A DNA stretch of 64,000 bases from Actinomycetes bacterium (GTDB lineage Bacteria; Actinomycetota; Actinomycetes; S36-B12). Where the stretch lies: contig JAHECS010000001.1 in NCBI GenBank assembly GCA_024641635.1, positions 119,845 to 183,844 of the forward strand, given 5' to 3'. The translations under genes were made by a program, and so were the position numbers. Shown one piece after another: positions 50,850-61,910 of the stretch (its first letter is position 1; each line of letters opens with the position of its first letter). The notes below the pieces were generated by a model. The model had not been told where the DNA came from. It was given only the letters and a program-made list of their open reading frames with translations, and made no database searches.

Positions 50850-51598
50850 CCGACGGCTTCCATCACGTCGTCGCTGACGTCGAAGTTGGCGAACACGTTC
50901 TGGACGTCGTCACTGTCCTCCAGGGCCTCGATCAGGCGGAAGACCTTGCGGGCGCCGTCCTCGTCCAGCTCGACGCTCACGCTGGGCAGGAAGTTGGCAT
51001 CGGCGGACTCGTAGTCGATGCCCGCGTCCTGGATGGCCTTGCGAACGGCCACGAGGTCCGTGGCCTCGGAGATGATCTCGAAGGACTCCCCCAGGTCGTT
51101 CACCTCCTCCGCGCCCGCATCGAGGACGACCAGCAGGATGTCGTCCTCGGTGACGCCTTCGGCCTTGGGCACAAGGACCACGCCCTTGCGGTTGAAGAGG
51201 TAGGAAACGGATCCGGGGTCGGCCATCGAGCCGCCGTTGCGGGTCATGGCGACCCTGACCTCGGATGCAGCGCGATTGCGATTGTCGGTGAGGCACTCGA
51301 CGAGGACGGCCACCCCGTTGGGTGCGTAGCCCTCGTACATGATGGTCTGCCAGTCCGCGCCGCCGGCCTCGGCGCCCGACCCGCGCTTGACGGCTCGGTC
51401 GATGTTGTCCAGCGGGACCGAGTTCTTGCGGGCCTTCTGGATGGCGTCGTAGAGGGTCGGGTTCCCGTCCGGGTCGCCGCCACCCTGGCGTGCCGCCACC
51501 TCGATGTTCTTGACGAGGCGGGCGAAGAGCTTGCCGCGCCGGGCGTCGATGACCGCCTTCTTGTGCTTGGTGGTCGCCCACTTGGAGTGGCCGCTCAT
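50846..51598 (-). CDS. yebC: YebC/PmpR family protein
   Basis: [28 protein letters not shown]. Confidence 0.96.
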   Translation of the reverse strand: MSGHSKWATTKHKKAVIDARRGKLFARLVKNIEVAARQGGGDPDGNPTLYDAIQKARKNSVPLDNIDRAVKRGSGAEAGGADWQTIMYEGYAPNGVAVLVECLTDNRNRAASEVRVAMTRNGGSMADPGSVSYLFNRKGVVLVPKAEGVTEDDILLVVLDAGAEEVNDLGESFEIISEATDLVAVRKAIQDAGIDYESADANFLPSVSVELDEDGARKVFRLIEALEDSDDVQNVFANFDVSDDVMEAVG

Positions 51599-52206
51599 GA
51601 ATGCTTCCTCACCATCTCGACGAACAGTTCGTGGACGCGCGCGTCGCCCGTCAGCTCGGGGTGGAACGCGGTAGCCATCAGTGGTCCCTGCCGGACCGCC
51701 ACGATCGTACCGTCGTCGCCCGCCCGGGTGATGGTGGCGACCACGTCCACTCCGACGCCGACCGACTCCACCCACGGCGCCCGAATGAACACCGCGGGGA
51801 ACGGCTTCCCGACCAGTGCCGGGATGACCACGTCTGCCTCGAAGGAGTCCACCTGCCGACCGAAGGCGTTGCGGCGCACCGTCATGTCGATGCCGCCAAC
51901 CACTTCCTGGTCAGGGCGCGCGTCCTCGACCCGATCCGCAAGCATGATCATGCCGGCGCAGGAGCCGAACATGGGAAGGCCGGCCCTCCTCGCATCGCGG
52001 AGTGGCTCCATCAGCCCGTCGATGACGGCGAGCTTGGAGATCGTCGTGGACTCGCCACCCGGGATGACGAGCGCGTCCACCCGGGACAACTCCTCAACAC
52101 TGCCGACTCGCGCTGCACGGGCACCCGACGATTCCAGGGCGTGGAGATGCTCGCGCACGTCACCCTGCAACGACAGGACCCCGACCAGCGGCCCTGGTGA
52201 GGTCAC
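51595..52206 (-). CDS. pdxT: Pyridoxal 5'-phosphate synthase glutaminase subunit
   Basis: [28 protein letters not shown]. Confidence 0.96.
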   Translation of the reverse strand: MTSPGPLVGVLSLQGDVREHLHALESSGARAARVGSVEELSRVDALVIPGGESTTISKLAVIDGLMEPLRDARRAGLPMFGSCAGMIMLADRVEDARPDQEVVGGIDMTVRRNAFGRQVDSFEADVVIPALVGKPFPAVFIRAPWVESVGVGVDVVATITRAGDDGTIVAVRQGPLMATAFHPELTGDARVHELFVEMVRKHS

Positions 52207-53099
52207 CAGCCTCGGTCCTCCAGGCGGTGATGCACGGGAAGGTCGGCCACATTGATGCCCACCATGGCCTCGCCGAGTCCTCGGGACACCTTCGCCACGA
52301 TCGCGGGGTCGTCGAAGTGCCGCGTCGCCTGGACGATGGCATTGGCCCGCGCCGCAGGGTCGCCGGACTTGAAGATGCCGGATCCGACGAACACGCCGTC
52401 GGCACCAAGCTGCATCATCATCGCCGCATCCGCCGGAGTGGCGATGCCGCCGGCCGTGAACAGCACGACGGGGAGGGAACCGCGCTCGGCCACCTCCTTG
52501 ACCAGGTCGTACGGCGCCTGCAGCTCCTTGGCCGCGACGTAGAGCTCGTCCTTGGACATCGCCTGAAGCCCTCGGATCTCGCCGAGGATCTTCCGCATGT
52601 GGGTGACGGCGTTCGACACGTCTCCGGTGCCCGCCTCGCCCTTGGACCGGATCATCGCCGCGCCCTCGCTGAGGCGGCGGAGGGCCTCGCCCAGGTTCGT
52701 CGCCCCGCACACGAACGGCACGGTGAACTGCCACTTGTCGATGTGGTTCGCGTAGTCGGCGGGGGTGAGCACCTCGGACTCGTCGATGTAGTCGACGCCC
52801 AGTGACTGCAGCACCTGCGCCTCGGCGAAGTGACCGATGCGGGCCTTGGCCATGACCGGGATGGACACGGCGTCGATGATCCCGTCGATCATGTCGGGGT
52901 CCGACATGCGGGAGACGCCGCCCTGAGCGCGGATGTCCGCAGGCACCCGCTCGAGCGCCATCACAGCGACCGCGCCTGCGTCCTCGGCGATCTTCGCCTG
53001 CTCGGCGGTGACGACGTCCATGATCACGCCACCCTTGAGCATCTCCGCCATGCCGCGCTTGACCCGGTCCGTACCGACGACTGGGGAAACGTCCGTCAC
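52203..53099 (-). CDS. pdxS: Pyridoxal 5'-phosphate synthase lyase subunit
   Basis: [30 protein letters not shown]; GTG start 53099. Confidence 0.97.
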   Translation of the reverse strand: MTDVSPVVGTDRVKRGMAEMLKGGVIMDVVTAEQAKIAEDAGAVAVMALERVPADIRAQGGVSRMSDPDMIDGIIDAVSIPVMAKARIGHFAEAQVLQSLGVDYIDESEVLTPADYANHIDKWQFTVPFVCGATNLGEALRRLSEGAAMIRSKGEAGTGDVSNAVTHMRKILGEIRGLQAMSKDELYVAAKELQAPYDLVKEVAERGSLPVVLFTAGGIATPADAAMMMQLGADGVFVGSGIFKSGDPAARANAIVQATRHFDDPAIVAKVSRGLGEAMVGINVADLPVHHRLEDRGW

Positions 53100-53219
53100 G
53101 TCAACCTCGCTTGTCTGGGCACGGCTGCGACCGTGCAAGGGCACCAATCCTAGGGCCTCTCCCGGGATCCGACCCACGCCGGGCGTTCGGGCGGGCGGCC
53201 GGGGCCAGCGGGCCGTCGC

Positions 53220-53771
53220 CTACCGGGTGACCAGCTCGTCCGGCTTCCGGTCGTCCATCTCGACGGTCTCCGGCCACGGGGTGTGCCCGGCGAGGCGAAA
53301 CAGGCGGACCATGCGCTGGCGACGCAGCTGGCGGCAGGCGCGAACCGCGTCATTGTGGAATCGCCGGGACAGCTGGACACGCCGGCAGGCGGCGTCCAGC
53401 TCGGCGAGCATCTCGGCTCCCAGGAGCGCGTGTCGTACCTCCTCGACGTCCTCGGGTTCGAGCGCCGCCATGAGCGCGGCAGTGAGATCGGACTCGGCCA
53501 TCGCCTGCGCATCCGGGCCCTCATCGACGGAGTTCCGGGCAAGGTGCGCCGCGTCCGCGAGCAGCATGCTCGACGCCGGGTCGAGAAGGCTGGAGGCGGC
53601 CAGCTCGGAGCACACGGCCGAGCGCCTCAGCAGCTGTCCCTCGAGGGCCAGGTGCGACGTGTCGATCCGACGATGCAGGTGGTCCAGCCGACCGGCCGTC
53701 ATGCTCAGGTAGAGCCCCACCAGGACGATGACGACAAGCAGTGCCACACCGAGAACGACCCATCCGTTCAC
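53220..53771 (-). CDS. LemA-like membrane protein
   Basis: N-terminal TM, RLDHLHRR, RRFHNDAV; usual position downstream of pimA. Confidence 0.75.
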   Translation of the reverse strand: MNGWVVLGVALLVVIVLVGLYLSMTAGRLDHLHRRIDTSHLALEGQLLRRSAVCSELAASSLLDPASSMLLADAAHLARNSVDEGPDAQAMAESDLTAALMAALEPEDVEEVRHALLGAEMLAELDAACRRVQLSRRFHNDAVRACRQLRRQRMVRLFRLAGHTPWPETVEMDDRKPDELVTR

Positions 53772-54949
53772 GAGGAGCCCCCACCGGGGCCGCCTCGGGA
53801 CAACCGCCCCACCAACTGCCCGCGCAGGTCCTCGGTCACCTTCTCCCCCGCCATGTGCACGCTGTCGTAGACGGCGATGACGTCGTCCACGACCGTGTCC
53901 CAGTCGAACTGCCGGACGCGACGATCCGCGGAGGAGACGTAGGCCGCCCGTGCCTCCGGATCGAGGAGGACGTCCACCAGGGCACCGGCGAGTGCGGACG
54001 AGTCGCGGTTCGGGAACAGCCGGCCGCTGCGACCGTCCTCCAGCACGCGCCGGAAGGCAGGCAGGTCGGAGGACACGACGCAGGCCTGCGCGGCCATCGC
54101 CTCGGCCAGCACGATCCCGAACGACTCCCCCCCGGTGTGCGGGGCCACGTAGACGTCCACCGAACGCAGTGCCCTCGCCTTGTCCTCGTCACTGATCCGG
54201 CCGAGGAACCGCACGTGAGACCGGATGTCAGCGGGGATGAGCTCGCCCTGCTCATCCGCGTCGCCCGGTCCGGCAATGAGCACCTGGACGTCGGGGACGC
54301 CGGCCACCACCGCGGGCAACGCTTCCAGAAGCACGTCGAGCCCCTTGCGCGGCTCATCGAGGCGCCCCAGGAACATGATGGCGGGCCGGTCCGGATCCAC
54401 CTCCGGAAGTCGTGAGTGCGAGGCGAACGCGGACACGCGCACACCGTTGGGGATCAGGACCGCGTCACCGCCGAGGTGGTTGACCAGGGTGCGTCGCGCG
54501 TCCTCGCTCACGGCTATCCGTCCTCGTACCTTCTCCATCGCCGTCTGCCCGATGTAGTAGCCGGCGGAGAGGATGCGGGAGCGGTCATGCGACGAGTGCC
54601 ACGTCGCGACGATCGGGCCCCGGGCCACCCAGAGGGCAAGGATGGACAGGCTCGGAGCGACGGGCTCGTGGACATGGAGGATGTCGAAGTCGCCCTCGCG
54701 GATCCATGCCCTCACTCGGCGGGTGGCCTTGACGCCGAAGTTCAGGCGGGCAACCGATCCGTTGTAGCGCACCGCGATCGGTCGACCGCCGTCGACGACC
54801 CACTCGGGCAGCTCCTCGGGATCCTCCGCGGGCGCGAGCACGCTGATGTCGTGGCCGTGATCGCGAAGGGCCATGGCGAGGTCGGCGACGTGGGAGCGCA
54901 CCCCACCGGGGACGTCCCATGCGTAGGGGCAGACCAGGCCGACCCTCAC
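53768..54949 (-). CDS. pimA: Phosphatidyl-myo-inositol alpha-mannosyltransferase (GT4)
   Basis: VCPYAWDVPGGV, HVHEP, ESFGIVLAEAMA; in the pgsA-patA-pimA operon. Confidence 0.92.
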   Translation of the reverse strand: MRVGLVCPYAWDVPGGVRSHVADLAMALRDHGHDISVLAPAEDPEELPEWVVDGGRPIAVRYNGSVARLNFGVKATRRVRAWIREGDFDILHVHEPVAPSLSILALWVARGPIVATWHSSHDRSRILSAGYYIGQTAMEKVRGRIAVSEDARRTLVNHLGGDAVLIPNGVRVSAFASHSRLPEVDPDRPAIMFLGRLDEPRKGLDVLLEALPAVVAGVPDVQVLIAGPGDADEQGELIPADIRSHVRFLGRISDEDKARALRSVDVYVAPHTGGESFGIVLAEAMAAQACVVSSDLPAFRRVLEDGRSGRLFPNRDSSALAGALVDVLLDPEARAAYVSSADRRVRQFDWDTVVDDVIAVYDSVHMAGEKVTEDLRGQLVGRLSRGGPGGGSS

Positions 54950-55908
54950 CCGACCGCCTCGGCGTCGACGCCCGAGACTCCGGACCGGCGGCGCGTCGGG
55001 TCCAGGTCGGCAAGCCAGACCGGCTGCATCATGTGCCAGTCGGCGCTGTGCTCCCTGATCCCGGCCTCGAACGCGTTCGCGATGCCCTGCGTCACCGCGC
55101 GGATGCGCTCCTCCCGCGTCCCTGACGACGGCACGTCGATGCGCTCGTGCACCTGCCCGGTCGCGAGCGGACCGTCGTACCAGAGACTGACCGGGAGGAT
55201 CGGCGCCTGGGTCAGCATGCCGAGGACCGCCGGGCCCGCCGGCAGCGACGCCGGCTCGCCGAAGAGATCGACACTGACGCCGTTTCGGCCGATGTCCCGA
55301 TCGCCCATGAGCGGCACGAGCCGACCCTCCTGGAGCCTCCGGGCCAGAGCCCTGATGATGTCCGGCTGCCCGGTGGGCAGGATCTCCATGCCCAGCGACT
55401 CGCGGTAGTCGGCGAAGCGCTGGTACAGCCCCTCGGGCTTCAGCCGCTCGGCGACCGTCGTCAGGCCGCCGTAGCGGGCGCATGCCCACGCGCCGGCGTG
55501 GTCCCAGTTCCCGCCGTGGTTGACCACCATGATCGCGCCGGACCCGGACGCCACCGCGGCGTCCATGAGTTCCTTGCGATCGAGGTCGAAGGTGCCGGAC
55601 ACCTTCTCCGGCGACCAGGTGGGCAGCCGGAAGGCGTCGCACCAGTAGCGAAGGTAGCTCCGCAACCCCTGCCGGCTCAGGTCGCGAAGGTCGGCCGATG
55701 AGGCCTGCGGGTGGATACGCGCCTGGTTGCGCTCGAACTGCAGGACGCCCGGTCCGCGCCGGCGCCAGATGGCGTCAGCGGCCTGGTCGAAGACCGCGTA
55801 GGCCGAGCGCTCGGGCAGGTGCTTGACGACGGTCCATCCGGTCGCGAAGGCCCACTCCGTCGCCGCGTCCCCCGCCCCCTGCAGGAGGCTCGAGCGTCGC
55901 TCACTCAT
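54946..55908 (-). CDS. Phosphatidylinositol mannoside acyltransferase (PatA-like)
   Basis: HGGNWD (HxxxxD), AERLKPE, MGDRD. Confidence 0.9.
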   Translation of the reverse strand: MSERRSSLLQGAGDAATEWAFATGWTVVKHLPERSAYAVFDQAADAIWRRRGPGVLQFERNQARIHPQASSADLRDLSRQGLRSYLRYWCDAFRLPTWSPEKVSGTFDLDRKELMDAAVASGSGAIMVVNHGGNWDHAGAWACARYGGLTTVAERLKPEGLYQRFADYRESLGMEILPTGQPDIIRALARRLQEGRLVPLMGDRDIGRNGVSVDLFGEPASLPAGPAVLGMLTQAPILPVSLWYDGPLATGQVHERIDVPSSGTREERIRAVTQGIANAFEAGIREHSADWHMMQPVWLADLDPTRRRSGVSGVDAEAVG

Positions 55909-56527
55909 GCGGCTCGGGAGCCTGCCGGGGGCGCAGTTGCGTCCGTACCGTCAGGATCCGTTGGGCGATGGTGACCAGCCCGAGACCGCCGATCAGCCAC
56001 AGGGCCACGGGAAGGACATAGGGAACGCCGAAGCCGGCCAGCAGGACGGCCACCCCTGCGATCAGCAGGCGCTCCGCGCGCTCCGCGATGCCGACATTGG
56101 CGGTGGCGCCGACCGCCTCGGCCCTGGCCTTGGCATACGAGGTCACCTGTCCCGTCACGAGTGCCAGCGTGGCGGCGGCGGTCACCCACGGCTGGTCCTG
56201 GAAGGCACCGTAGAGGGCGAGTCCGCCGAACACCGCACCGTCAGCCACCCGGTCCAGGGTCGCGTCGAGGAAGTTCCCCCACGGTCCGGAGGTGCCCGAC
56301 AATCGGGCCATCGTGCCGTCGAGGAGATCGCTCATCGTCAGCACGAGCATGATGAGAACGGCGGCGACGAACCATCCCTGAGGCAGGCAGATGAGTGCCG
56401 TGGCCGTCGTGGCAACGGTCCCGACGACGGTCACGGCGTCCGGTGACACGTGCGCACGCAGCAGAAGGCGGGCCGGCGGCTCGATGGCTCCGCTCACCAT
56501 CTTCCTTGCCGCAGGGTTGTTCAGCAC
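55901..56527 (-). CDS. pgsA: Phosphatidylinositol phosphate synthase (CDP-alcohol phosphatidyltransferase)
   Basis: DLLDGTMAR...G..LD..LD signature; SYAKARAE. Confidence 0.93.
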   Translation of the reverse strand: MLNNPAARKMVSGAIEPPARLLLRAHVSPDAVTVVGTVATTATALICLPQGWFVAAVLIMLVLTMSDLLDGTMARLSGTSGPWGNFLDATLDRVADGAVFGGLALYGAFQDQPWVTAAATLALVTGQVTSYAKARAEAVGATANVGIAERAERLLIAGVAVLLAGFGVPYVLPVALWLIGGLGLVTIAQRILTVRTQLRPRQAPEPHE

Positions 56528-56624
56528 GGCACGGACTCTATCGCCGCGCGTTCATGGACCCCGGTTTGCTTCCGCCGTCCGGCAGGGTGGAGGCTTGCCG
56601 GACACACGAGAAGGAGCCCCCTAC

Positions 56625-58769
56625 ATGGCCGAGAAGCGATCAGACCGGAAGCCCGGAGCCGCCCCCAGCGCATCGTCGCCGGACCGGATCCGCAACGTGG
56701 CTCTGGTGGGACCGGCCGGCTCAGGGAAGACCTCGCTGATGGAATCGCTCCTGCATGCTGCGGGAGCGACGTCGCGTCGGGGCTCGGTCGGCGAAGGCAC
56801 GACCGTGGGCGACAGCGACCCGGTGGCCATCCGGCAGAGCCGCTCGGTCGGCCTGTCTGTCGCCTCCTTCGACTGGAAGGACTCGGTGATCACCCTTCTC
56901 GACACCCCGGGGTACGCCGACTTCATGGGCGAGCTGCGCGCGGGGCTCCGCGGCGCGGATGCCGCGCTGTTCGTCGTCTCCTCCGTCGACGGCGTCGATC
57001 CGGCCACGGCCCGACTGTGGGACGAGTGCGAGTTCGTGGGCCTGCCCCGGGCCATCGTGGTGACGAATCTCGACAAGGACCGGGCCAATTTCGACGAGAC
57101 GGTAGCGGTGTGCCAGCGCGCCTTCACGGGTGGCGGGGGCGTGCTCCCGATCTTCCTGCCCCTTCATGGGGACGACGACGTCGTCGCCGGCTTCATCGAC
57201 CTTCTCGACGAGCAGATCTGGGACTGGAGCGAAGGCTCGGTCACGGTCAAGGATGCCGAGGACCGGCATCGCGAGCTGATCGAGACCGAGCGCGCTTCCC
57301 TCATCGAGGGCGTGGTGACCGAGTCCGAGGACGAGGAGCTCATGGACCGGTTCATCGGCGGTGAGCACGTCGAGGTCGACATGCTCACCAGCGACCTCGA
57401 GAAGGCCGTCGCCCGTGGGCACTTCCACCCCGTCATGGGCCATGCGGTCACCGCCGCCAACGTCGGTTCCGAGCTGATCCTGGATCTCATCGTCCGCGGC
57501 TTCCCGTCTCCGACCGAGCACCCACTCCCTACGGTCTCGCGGATCGACGGGTCGCCGGCCGAGCCGATCTCGGCCGACCCCGACGGCCCACTCGTCGCTG
57601 AGGTGATCAAGACGACGTCCGATCCGTACGTGGGCAAGGTCTCAGTGGTCAGGGTGTTCTCTGGCACCCTCGGGAGCGACGCCGTCGTGCATGTGTCGGG
57701 ACACTTCGGCCCCGAGACGGGGCACGAGGATCACGACGTCGACGAGCGCATCGGTCACCTGACGGCAATGCTCGGCAGCCAGCACGCCGACGTGCCCCAG
57801 GCCATCGCGGGCAGCATCGTCGCGGTCAGCAAGCTGACGAAGGCCGAGACGGGGGACACGCTGTCGTCACCGGAGAACCCACTGCTCATGGAGCCCTGGC
57901 GCATGCCCGAGCCGCTGCTGCCGCTGGCGATCACTCCGCGGAGTGCCGGCGACGAGGACAAGCTGGGAACAGCGCTCAGCCGCGTGGTGGCCGAGGATCC
58001 CACCCTGAGGATCGAGCACCCCGAGGAGACCGGGCAGATCATCCTGTGGACGCTCGGCGAGGCCCATGCCGATCTCGTCCTCGACCGGATCAAGTCGCGG
58101 TACGGGGTCGAGGTGGACTCGGCAGAGGTCGTCGCGTCGATGCGCGAGACGTTCGGCGGTCCGACGCCGGGCAACGGCCGGCTGGTCAAGCAGTCCGGCG
58201 GGCACGGCCAGTACGCCGTGGTCGACATCACCGTCGAGCCGCTGCCGGCCGGCACGGGCTTCGAGTTCGTGGACAAGATCGTCGGCGGAGCCGTGCCCAG
58301 GAACTACATCCCCTCAGTCGAGAAGGGAGTGCGCCAGCAGATGACCCTGGGCGTGGCGGCCGGGTTCCCGGTAGTCGACATCCGCGTGACGCTCGTCGAC
58401 GGCAAGTTCCACAGTGTTGACTCGTCGGACATGGCGTTCCAGACGGCCGGTGCCATGGCCCTCAAGGATGCCGCGGCACGGACGACCATCAACCTGCTCG
58501 AGCCCATCGTCACCCTGACCGTGGTGGTGCCGGACGAGCACGTCGGCGCCGTCATCGCCGACGTGTCCACGCGGCGCGGCATGATCAGGGGGACGAACTC
58601 GCTGCCGGGCGGCAAGTCCCAGGTGGTCGCAGACGTCCCGGAGTCCGAGATCTCGCGCTACGCCATCGACATCCGCAGCATCACGCACGGCACCGGGGAG
58701 TTCATGCGCGAGCCGGCCGGCTACGCACCCGTCCCCGCCAACCTTGCGAAGAAGCTGATCGAGGGGTAG
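56625..58769 (+). CDS. fusA2: Elongation factor G-like protein EF-G2
   Basis: GPAGSGKTS, DTPG, KQSGGHGQY, VDSSDMAF, LLEP; AAGGAG RBS before ATG 56625. Confidence 0.93.
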   Translation: MAEKRSDRKPGAAPSASSPDRIRNVALVGPAGSGKTSLMESLLHAAGATSRRGSVGEGTTVGDSDPVAIRQSRSVGLSVASFDWKDSVITLLDTPGYADFMGELRAGLRGADAALFVVSSVDGVDPATARLWDECEFVGLPRAIVVTNLDKDRANFDETVAVCQRAFTGGGGVLPIFLPLHGDDDVVAGFIDLLDEQIWDWSEGSVTVKDAEDRHRELIETERASLIEGVVTESEDEELMDRFIGGEHVEVDMLTSDLEKAVARGHFHPVMGHAVTAANVGSELILDLIVRGFPSPTEHPLPTVSRIDGSPAEPISADPDGPLVAEVIKTTSDPYVGKVSVVRVFSGTLGSDAVVHVSGHFGPETGHEDHDVDERIGHLTAMLGSQHADVPQAIAGSIVAVSKLTKAETGDTLSSPENPLLMEPWRMPEPLLPLAITPRSAGDEDKLGTALSRVVAEDPTLRIEHPEETGQIILWTLGEAHADLVLDRIKSRYGVEVDSAEVVASMRETFGGPTPGNGRLVKQSGGHGQYAVVDITVEPLPAGTGFEFVDKIVGGAVPRNYIPSVEKGVRQQMTLGVAAGFPVVDIRVTLVDGKFHSVDSSDMAFQTAGAMALKDAAARTTINLLEPIVTLTVVVPDEHVGAVIADVSTRRGMIRGTNSLPGGKSQVVADVPESEISRYAIDIRSITHGTGEFMREPAGYAPVPANLAKKLIEG

Positions 58770-58781
58770 CGGCCGCCAGGA

Positions 58782-59228
58782 CTACGGGGTGGGCCAGCCG
58801 GTGGCGGCGCGCCCGGTCTCCGTGGCCACCAGTTCCGCATCGGGGGCTCCGGCGAAGCGCAGCACCCAGCGCTGAGGGGTCAAGGGGCGGTAGCGGTGCT
58901 CCGCTCCTCGGATGGCGACGACGTCCCCGGATTCCAGGAGGACGGGCACCGGACCCTCCATCGTGACGAATTCCATGATGCCCTCGCCGGAGGCGACGAC
59001 GTGGACCTCGTCGACCGCGTTGACATGCCAGGCGCCCATGCCGGAGTCGGGGTCCAGCGGCACTGCGATCTCCACGTCGGCACGGATCTGACGGGCGCCC
59101 TCGGGCAGCACTGCGGCCACGAGCTCCGCGGGCGCGTCGCCCCCATCGTCGACGACAGTCAGTGTCACGCCGGCCGCGTCGAGCAGGGCGTGCACGTCAT
59201 CGGCGTCCCACTGCATCATTCGGGCCAT
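58782..59228 (-). CDS. Cupin protein, acireductone dioxygenase (ARD)-like
   Basis: H68-x-N70-x3-E74...H111 spacing, GEG..EF, GDVVAI. Confidence 0.7.
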   Translation of the reverse strand: MARMMQWDADDVHALLDAAGVTLTVVDDGGDAPAELVAAVLPEGARQIRADVEIAVPLDPDSGMGAWHVNAVDEVHVVASGEGIMEFVTMEGPVPVLLESGDVVAIRGAEHRYRPLTPQRWVLRFAGAPDAELVATETGRAATGWPTP

Positions 59229-59229
59229 G

Positions 59230-59742
59230 TCACCCCGCCTCCCACGTCGCAGCGATCAGATCGCGGGTGTCGTTGAGGAGCTGCGGGATCACCTTTGTGC
59301 CGCCGATGATCGGCATGAAGTTCGAGTCACCGCCCCATCGTGGAACGACATGCTGGTGGAGGTGGCCGGCGATCCCTGCCCCCGACACCGAGCCCTGGTT
59401 CATACCGATGTTGAAGCCGTGGGCACCAGACACCTCGCGAACGACCCGCATCGCCTTCTGGGTGAACGCGCCGAGCTCGGCGACCTCTGAGGCCGTGAGC
59501 TCGGTGTAGTCGGCAACGTGTCGGAACGGGCAGATCATGAGGTGCCCGGAGTTGTACGGGTAGAGGTTGAGCACGCCGTACACCTCGTCGCCACGGGCGA
59601 ACACGAGCCCTTCATCCTCGGGAAGCGACGGCGCCCGGCAGAACGGGCAGCTGTCCCCGGCCTCATGGGAGTCGGGCTTCCCCTCACCGCGGAGGTACAC
59701 CATCCGGTGCGGCGTGTAGAGCCGTTCCCACGAGTCCGTCAC
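59230..59742 (-). CDS. HIT family protein (Ap4A phosphorylase-like)
   Basis: LYTPHRM, CPFC, LNLYPYNSGH, HLHQH. Confidence 0.93.
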   Translation of the reverse strand: MTDSWERLYTPHRMVYLRGEGKPDSHEAGDSCPFCRAPSLPEDEGLVFARGDEVYGVLNLYPYNSGHLMICPFRHVADYTELTASEVAELGAFTQKAMRVVREVSGAHGFNIGMNQGSVSGAGIAGHLHQHVVPRWGGDSNFMPIIGGTKVIPQLLNDTRDLIAATWEAG

Positions 59743-59743
59743 A

Positions 59744-61765
59744 TCACACCTGCACGCGGGTCTCGACGGCCTCGACGATCTCGGCGATCGCGGCGTCCAC
59801 GGGGACACCGTTCTTCTGGCTGCCGTCGCGATACCGGAAGGACACCGCGCCTGCGGTGACGTCGTCATCGCCGGCGATGAGCATGAACGGCACCTTGGCG
59901 CGCTGGGCGTTGCGGATCTTCTTCTGCATGCGGTCATCGGCCGTGTCCACCTCGACGCGGACGCCGCGACCCCGAAGGCGGGCAGCGACGTCCTGCAGGT
60001 AGGCGTTGTGCCCATCGGTGACGGGAATGGCCACGACCTGCACGGGCGCGAGCCAGGGCGGGAACGCTCCCGCATAGTGCTCGAGCAGAACGGCGAAGAA
60101 GCGCTCGATGGAGCCGAACAGGGCTCGGTGGATCATCACCGGTCGCTGGCGTGAGCCATCGGCCGCCTGGTACTCGAGACCGAAGCGCTCGGGCAGGTTG
60201 AAGTCCACCTGGATGGTGGACATCTGCCAGGTGCGCCCGATGGCGTCCTTGGCCTGCACGGAGATCTTCGGGCCGTAGAACGCGGCGCCGCCCTCGTCGA
60301 GGACCAGCTCGAGCCCCTGCCTCTCGGCGGCCTCCCGGAGCGTCTCCGTGGCCTCGAGCCAGACCTCTTCGGTGCCGACGCTCTTCTGAGGGTCACGTGT
60401 CGACAGCTCGAGGTAGAAGTCGGAAAGCCCGTAGTCGCGCAGCAGTCCGAGTACGAACGTGAGGAGGTTGTCGAGCTCCAGCCCCATCTGCTCCTTGGTG
60501 CAGTAGATGTGCGCGTCGTCCTGCGTGAATCCACGTGCGCGGGTGAGCCCTTGGACGACGCCCGACTTCTCGTACCGGTAGACGGTTCCGAACTCGAACA
60601 GCCTCAGCGGGAGCTCCCGGTAGGAGCGACCGCGCGCGCCGAAGATGAGGTTGTGCATGGGACAGTTCATCGGCTTCAGGTAGTAGTCCTGTGCCTGCTT
60701 CCGGACATTGCCCTCGGCATCGTGCTCGACGTCGAGCTGCATCGGCGGGTACATGCCCTCGGCATACCAGTCGAGATGGCCGGAGAGCTCGAACAGCGTG
60801 CCCTTGGTGATGTGCGGGGTGTTGACGAACTCGTAGCCCGCCTCCTCGTGCCGGCGGCGCGAGTAGTCCTCCATGATGCGACGCACGACGCCGCCCTTGG
60901 GGTGGAAGACGGCCAGGCCCGAGCCGATCTCCTCCGGGAAGCTGAACAGGTCGAGCTCTGCGCCCAGCTTGCGATGGTCGCGCTTCTCCGCCTCCTCGAG
61001 GAACGTGAGATGCGCGCGCAGCTCGTCCTTCGACGGCCACGCAGTCCCGTAGATCCGCTGGAGCTGCTCGTTGCGCTGGTCGCCCAGCCAGTACGCAGCG
61101 GCGGACCGCATGAGCCTGACGGCATTCGGGGGGATGTATCCGGTGTCGGGCACGTGCGGACCGCGGCACAGGTCGCCCCAGCAGCGCTCCCCCGTCTTCG
61201 CGTCGAGGTTGTCGTAGATGGTGAGCTCAGCGCCGCCGACCTCCATGACGTCGGCGCCGCCCTCACTCCCGATCAGTCGCAGCTTGTAGGGCTCGTCGGC
61301 CAGCTCGCGGACGGCGTCTTCCTCAGTGACGACCCGTCGTTCGAACTTCTGGCGGGACTTCAGGATCGCGACCATTCGCTTCTCGAGCTGGGCGAGGTCG
61401 TCCGGAGTGAACGGCGTCTCGACATCGAAGTCGTAGTAGAAGCCGTCCTTGATCGGCGGACCGATCCCGAGCTTCGCCTCCGGGAAGACGTCCTGGACTG
61501 CCTGCGCGAGCACATGCGCCGTCGAGTGACGCAGGACGGCAAGGCCCTCAGGTGAGCCGACGCTCACCGGCTCGACCACGTCGACGTCGGTGACCTCGGT
61601 CCCGAGATCACGCAGCTCGCCGTTGATCCGGGCGACGACGACGGACCGGTCGCCGCCCACCAGGTCCCGGGCGGTTGTTGCCACCGGCCTGCTCCTTGTC
61701 CTCGTGATGACTCGCGTCTGGCTGGCCTGCATGCGAGCCAGTGGCCAACCACGCTGAGAGGTCAT
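59744..61765 (-). CDS. thrS: Threonine--tRNA ligase
   Basis: [29 protein letters not shown]; start may be GTG 61684 (AAGGAG RBS) rather than 61765. Confidence 0.97.
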   Translation of the reverse strand: MTSQRGWPLARMQASQTRVITRTRSRPVATTARDLVGGDRSVVVARINGELRDLGTEVTDVDVVEPVSVGSPEGLAVLRHSTAHVLAQAVQDVFPEAKLGIGPPIKDGFYYDFDVETPFTPDDLAQLEKRMVAILKSRQKFERRVVTEEDAVRELADEPYKLRLIGSEGGADVMEVGGAELTIYDNLDAKTGERCWGDLCRGPHVPDTGYIPPNAVRLMRSAAAYWLGDQRNEQLQRIYGTAWPSKDELRAHLTFLEEAEKRDHRKLGAELDLFSFPEEIGSGLAVFHPKGGVVRRIMEDYSRRRHEEAGYEFVNTPHITKGTLFELSGHLDWYAEGMYPPMQLDVEHDAEGNVRKQAQDYYLKPMNCPMHNLIFGARGRSYRELPLRLFEFGTVYRYEKSGVVQGLTRARGFTQDDAHIYCTKEQMGLELDNLLTFVLGLLRDYGLSDFYLELSTRDPQKSVGTEEVWLEATETLREAAERQGLELVLDEGGAAFYGPKISVQAKDAIGRTWQMSTIQVDFNLPERFGLEYQAADGSRQRPVMIHRALFGSIERFFAVLLEHYAGAFPPWLAPVQVVAIPVTDGHNAYLQDVAARLRGRGVRVEVDTADDRMQKKIRNAQRAKVPFMLIAGDDDVTAGAVSFRYRDGSQKNGVPVDAAIAEIVEAVETRVQV

Positions 61766-61910
61766 GACCGCCTCGCTGCCTCGTCAATCCTAGGGGTTCG
61801 CCGGTGCCCTGGATCCGGGGACGCCCGGACCCCTATCGCGACGACTCGGGATCTGCCACGATGCGCCGTGCCCCGAGGTATCCCCCTCGGGCCCTCTGGA
61901 AGGAATCACC

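Noticed and set aside
60318-60330. Exact 13-mer TGCCTCTCGGCGG of the palindrome family inside thrS
   Set aside because: No partner arm or inner TGGTCG motif; encodes ordinary AAERQ codons; likely chance in a high-GC sequence.
61766-61910. T-box leader for thrS
   Set aside because: Region is too short and lacks the T-box consensus AAGGTGGTACCGCG-like motif.
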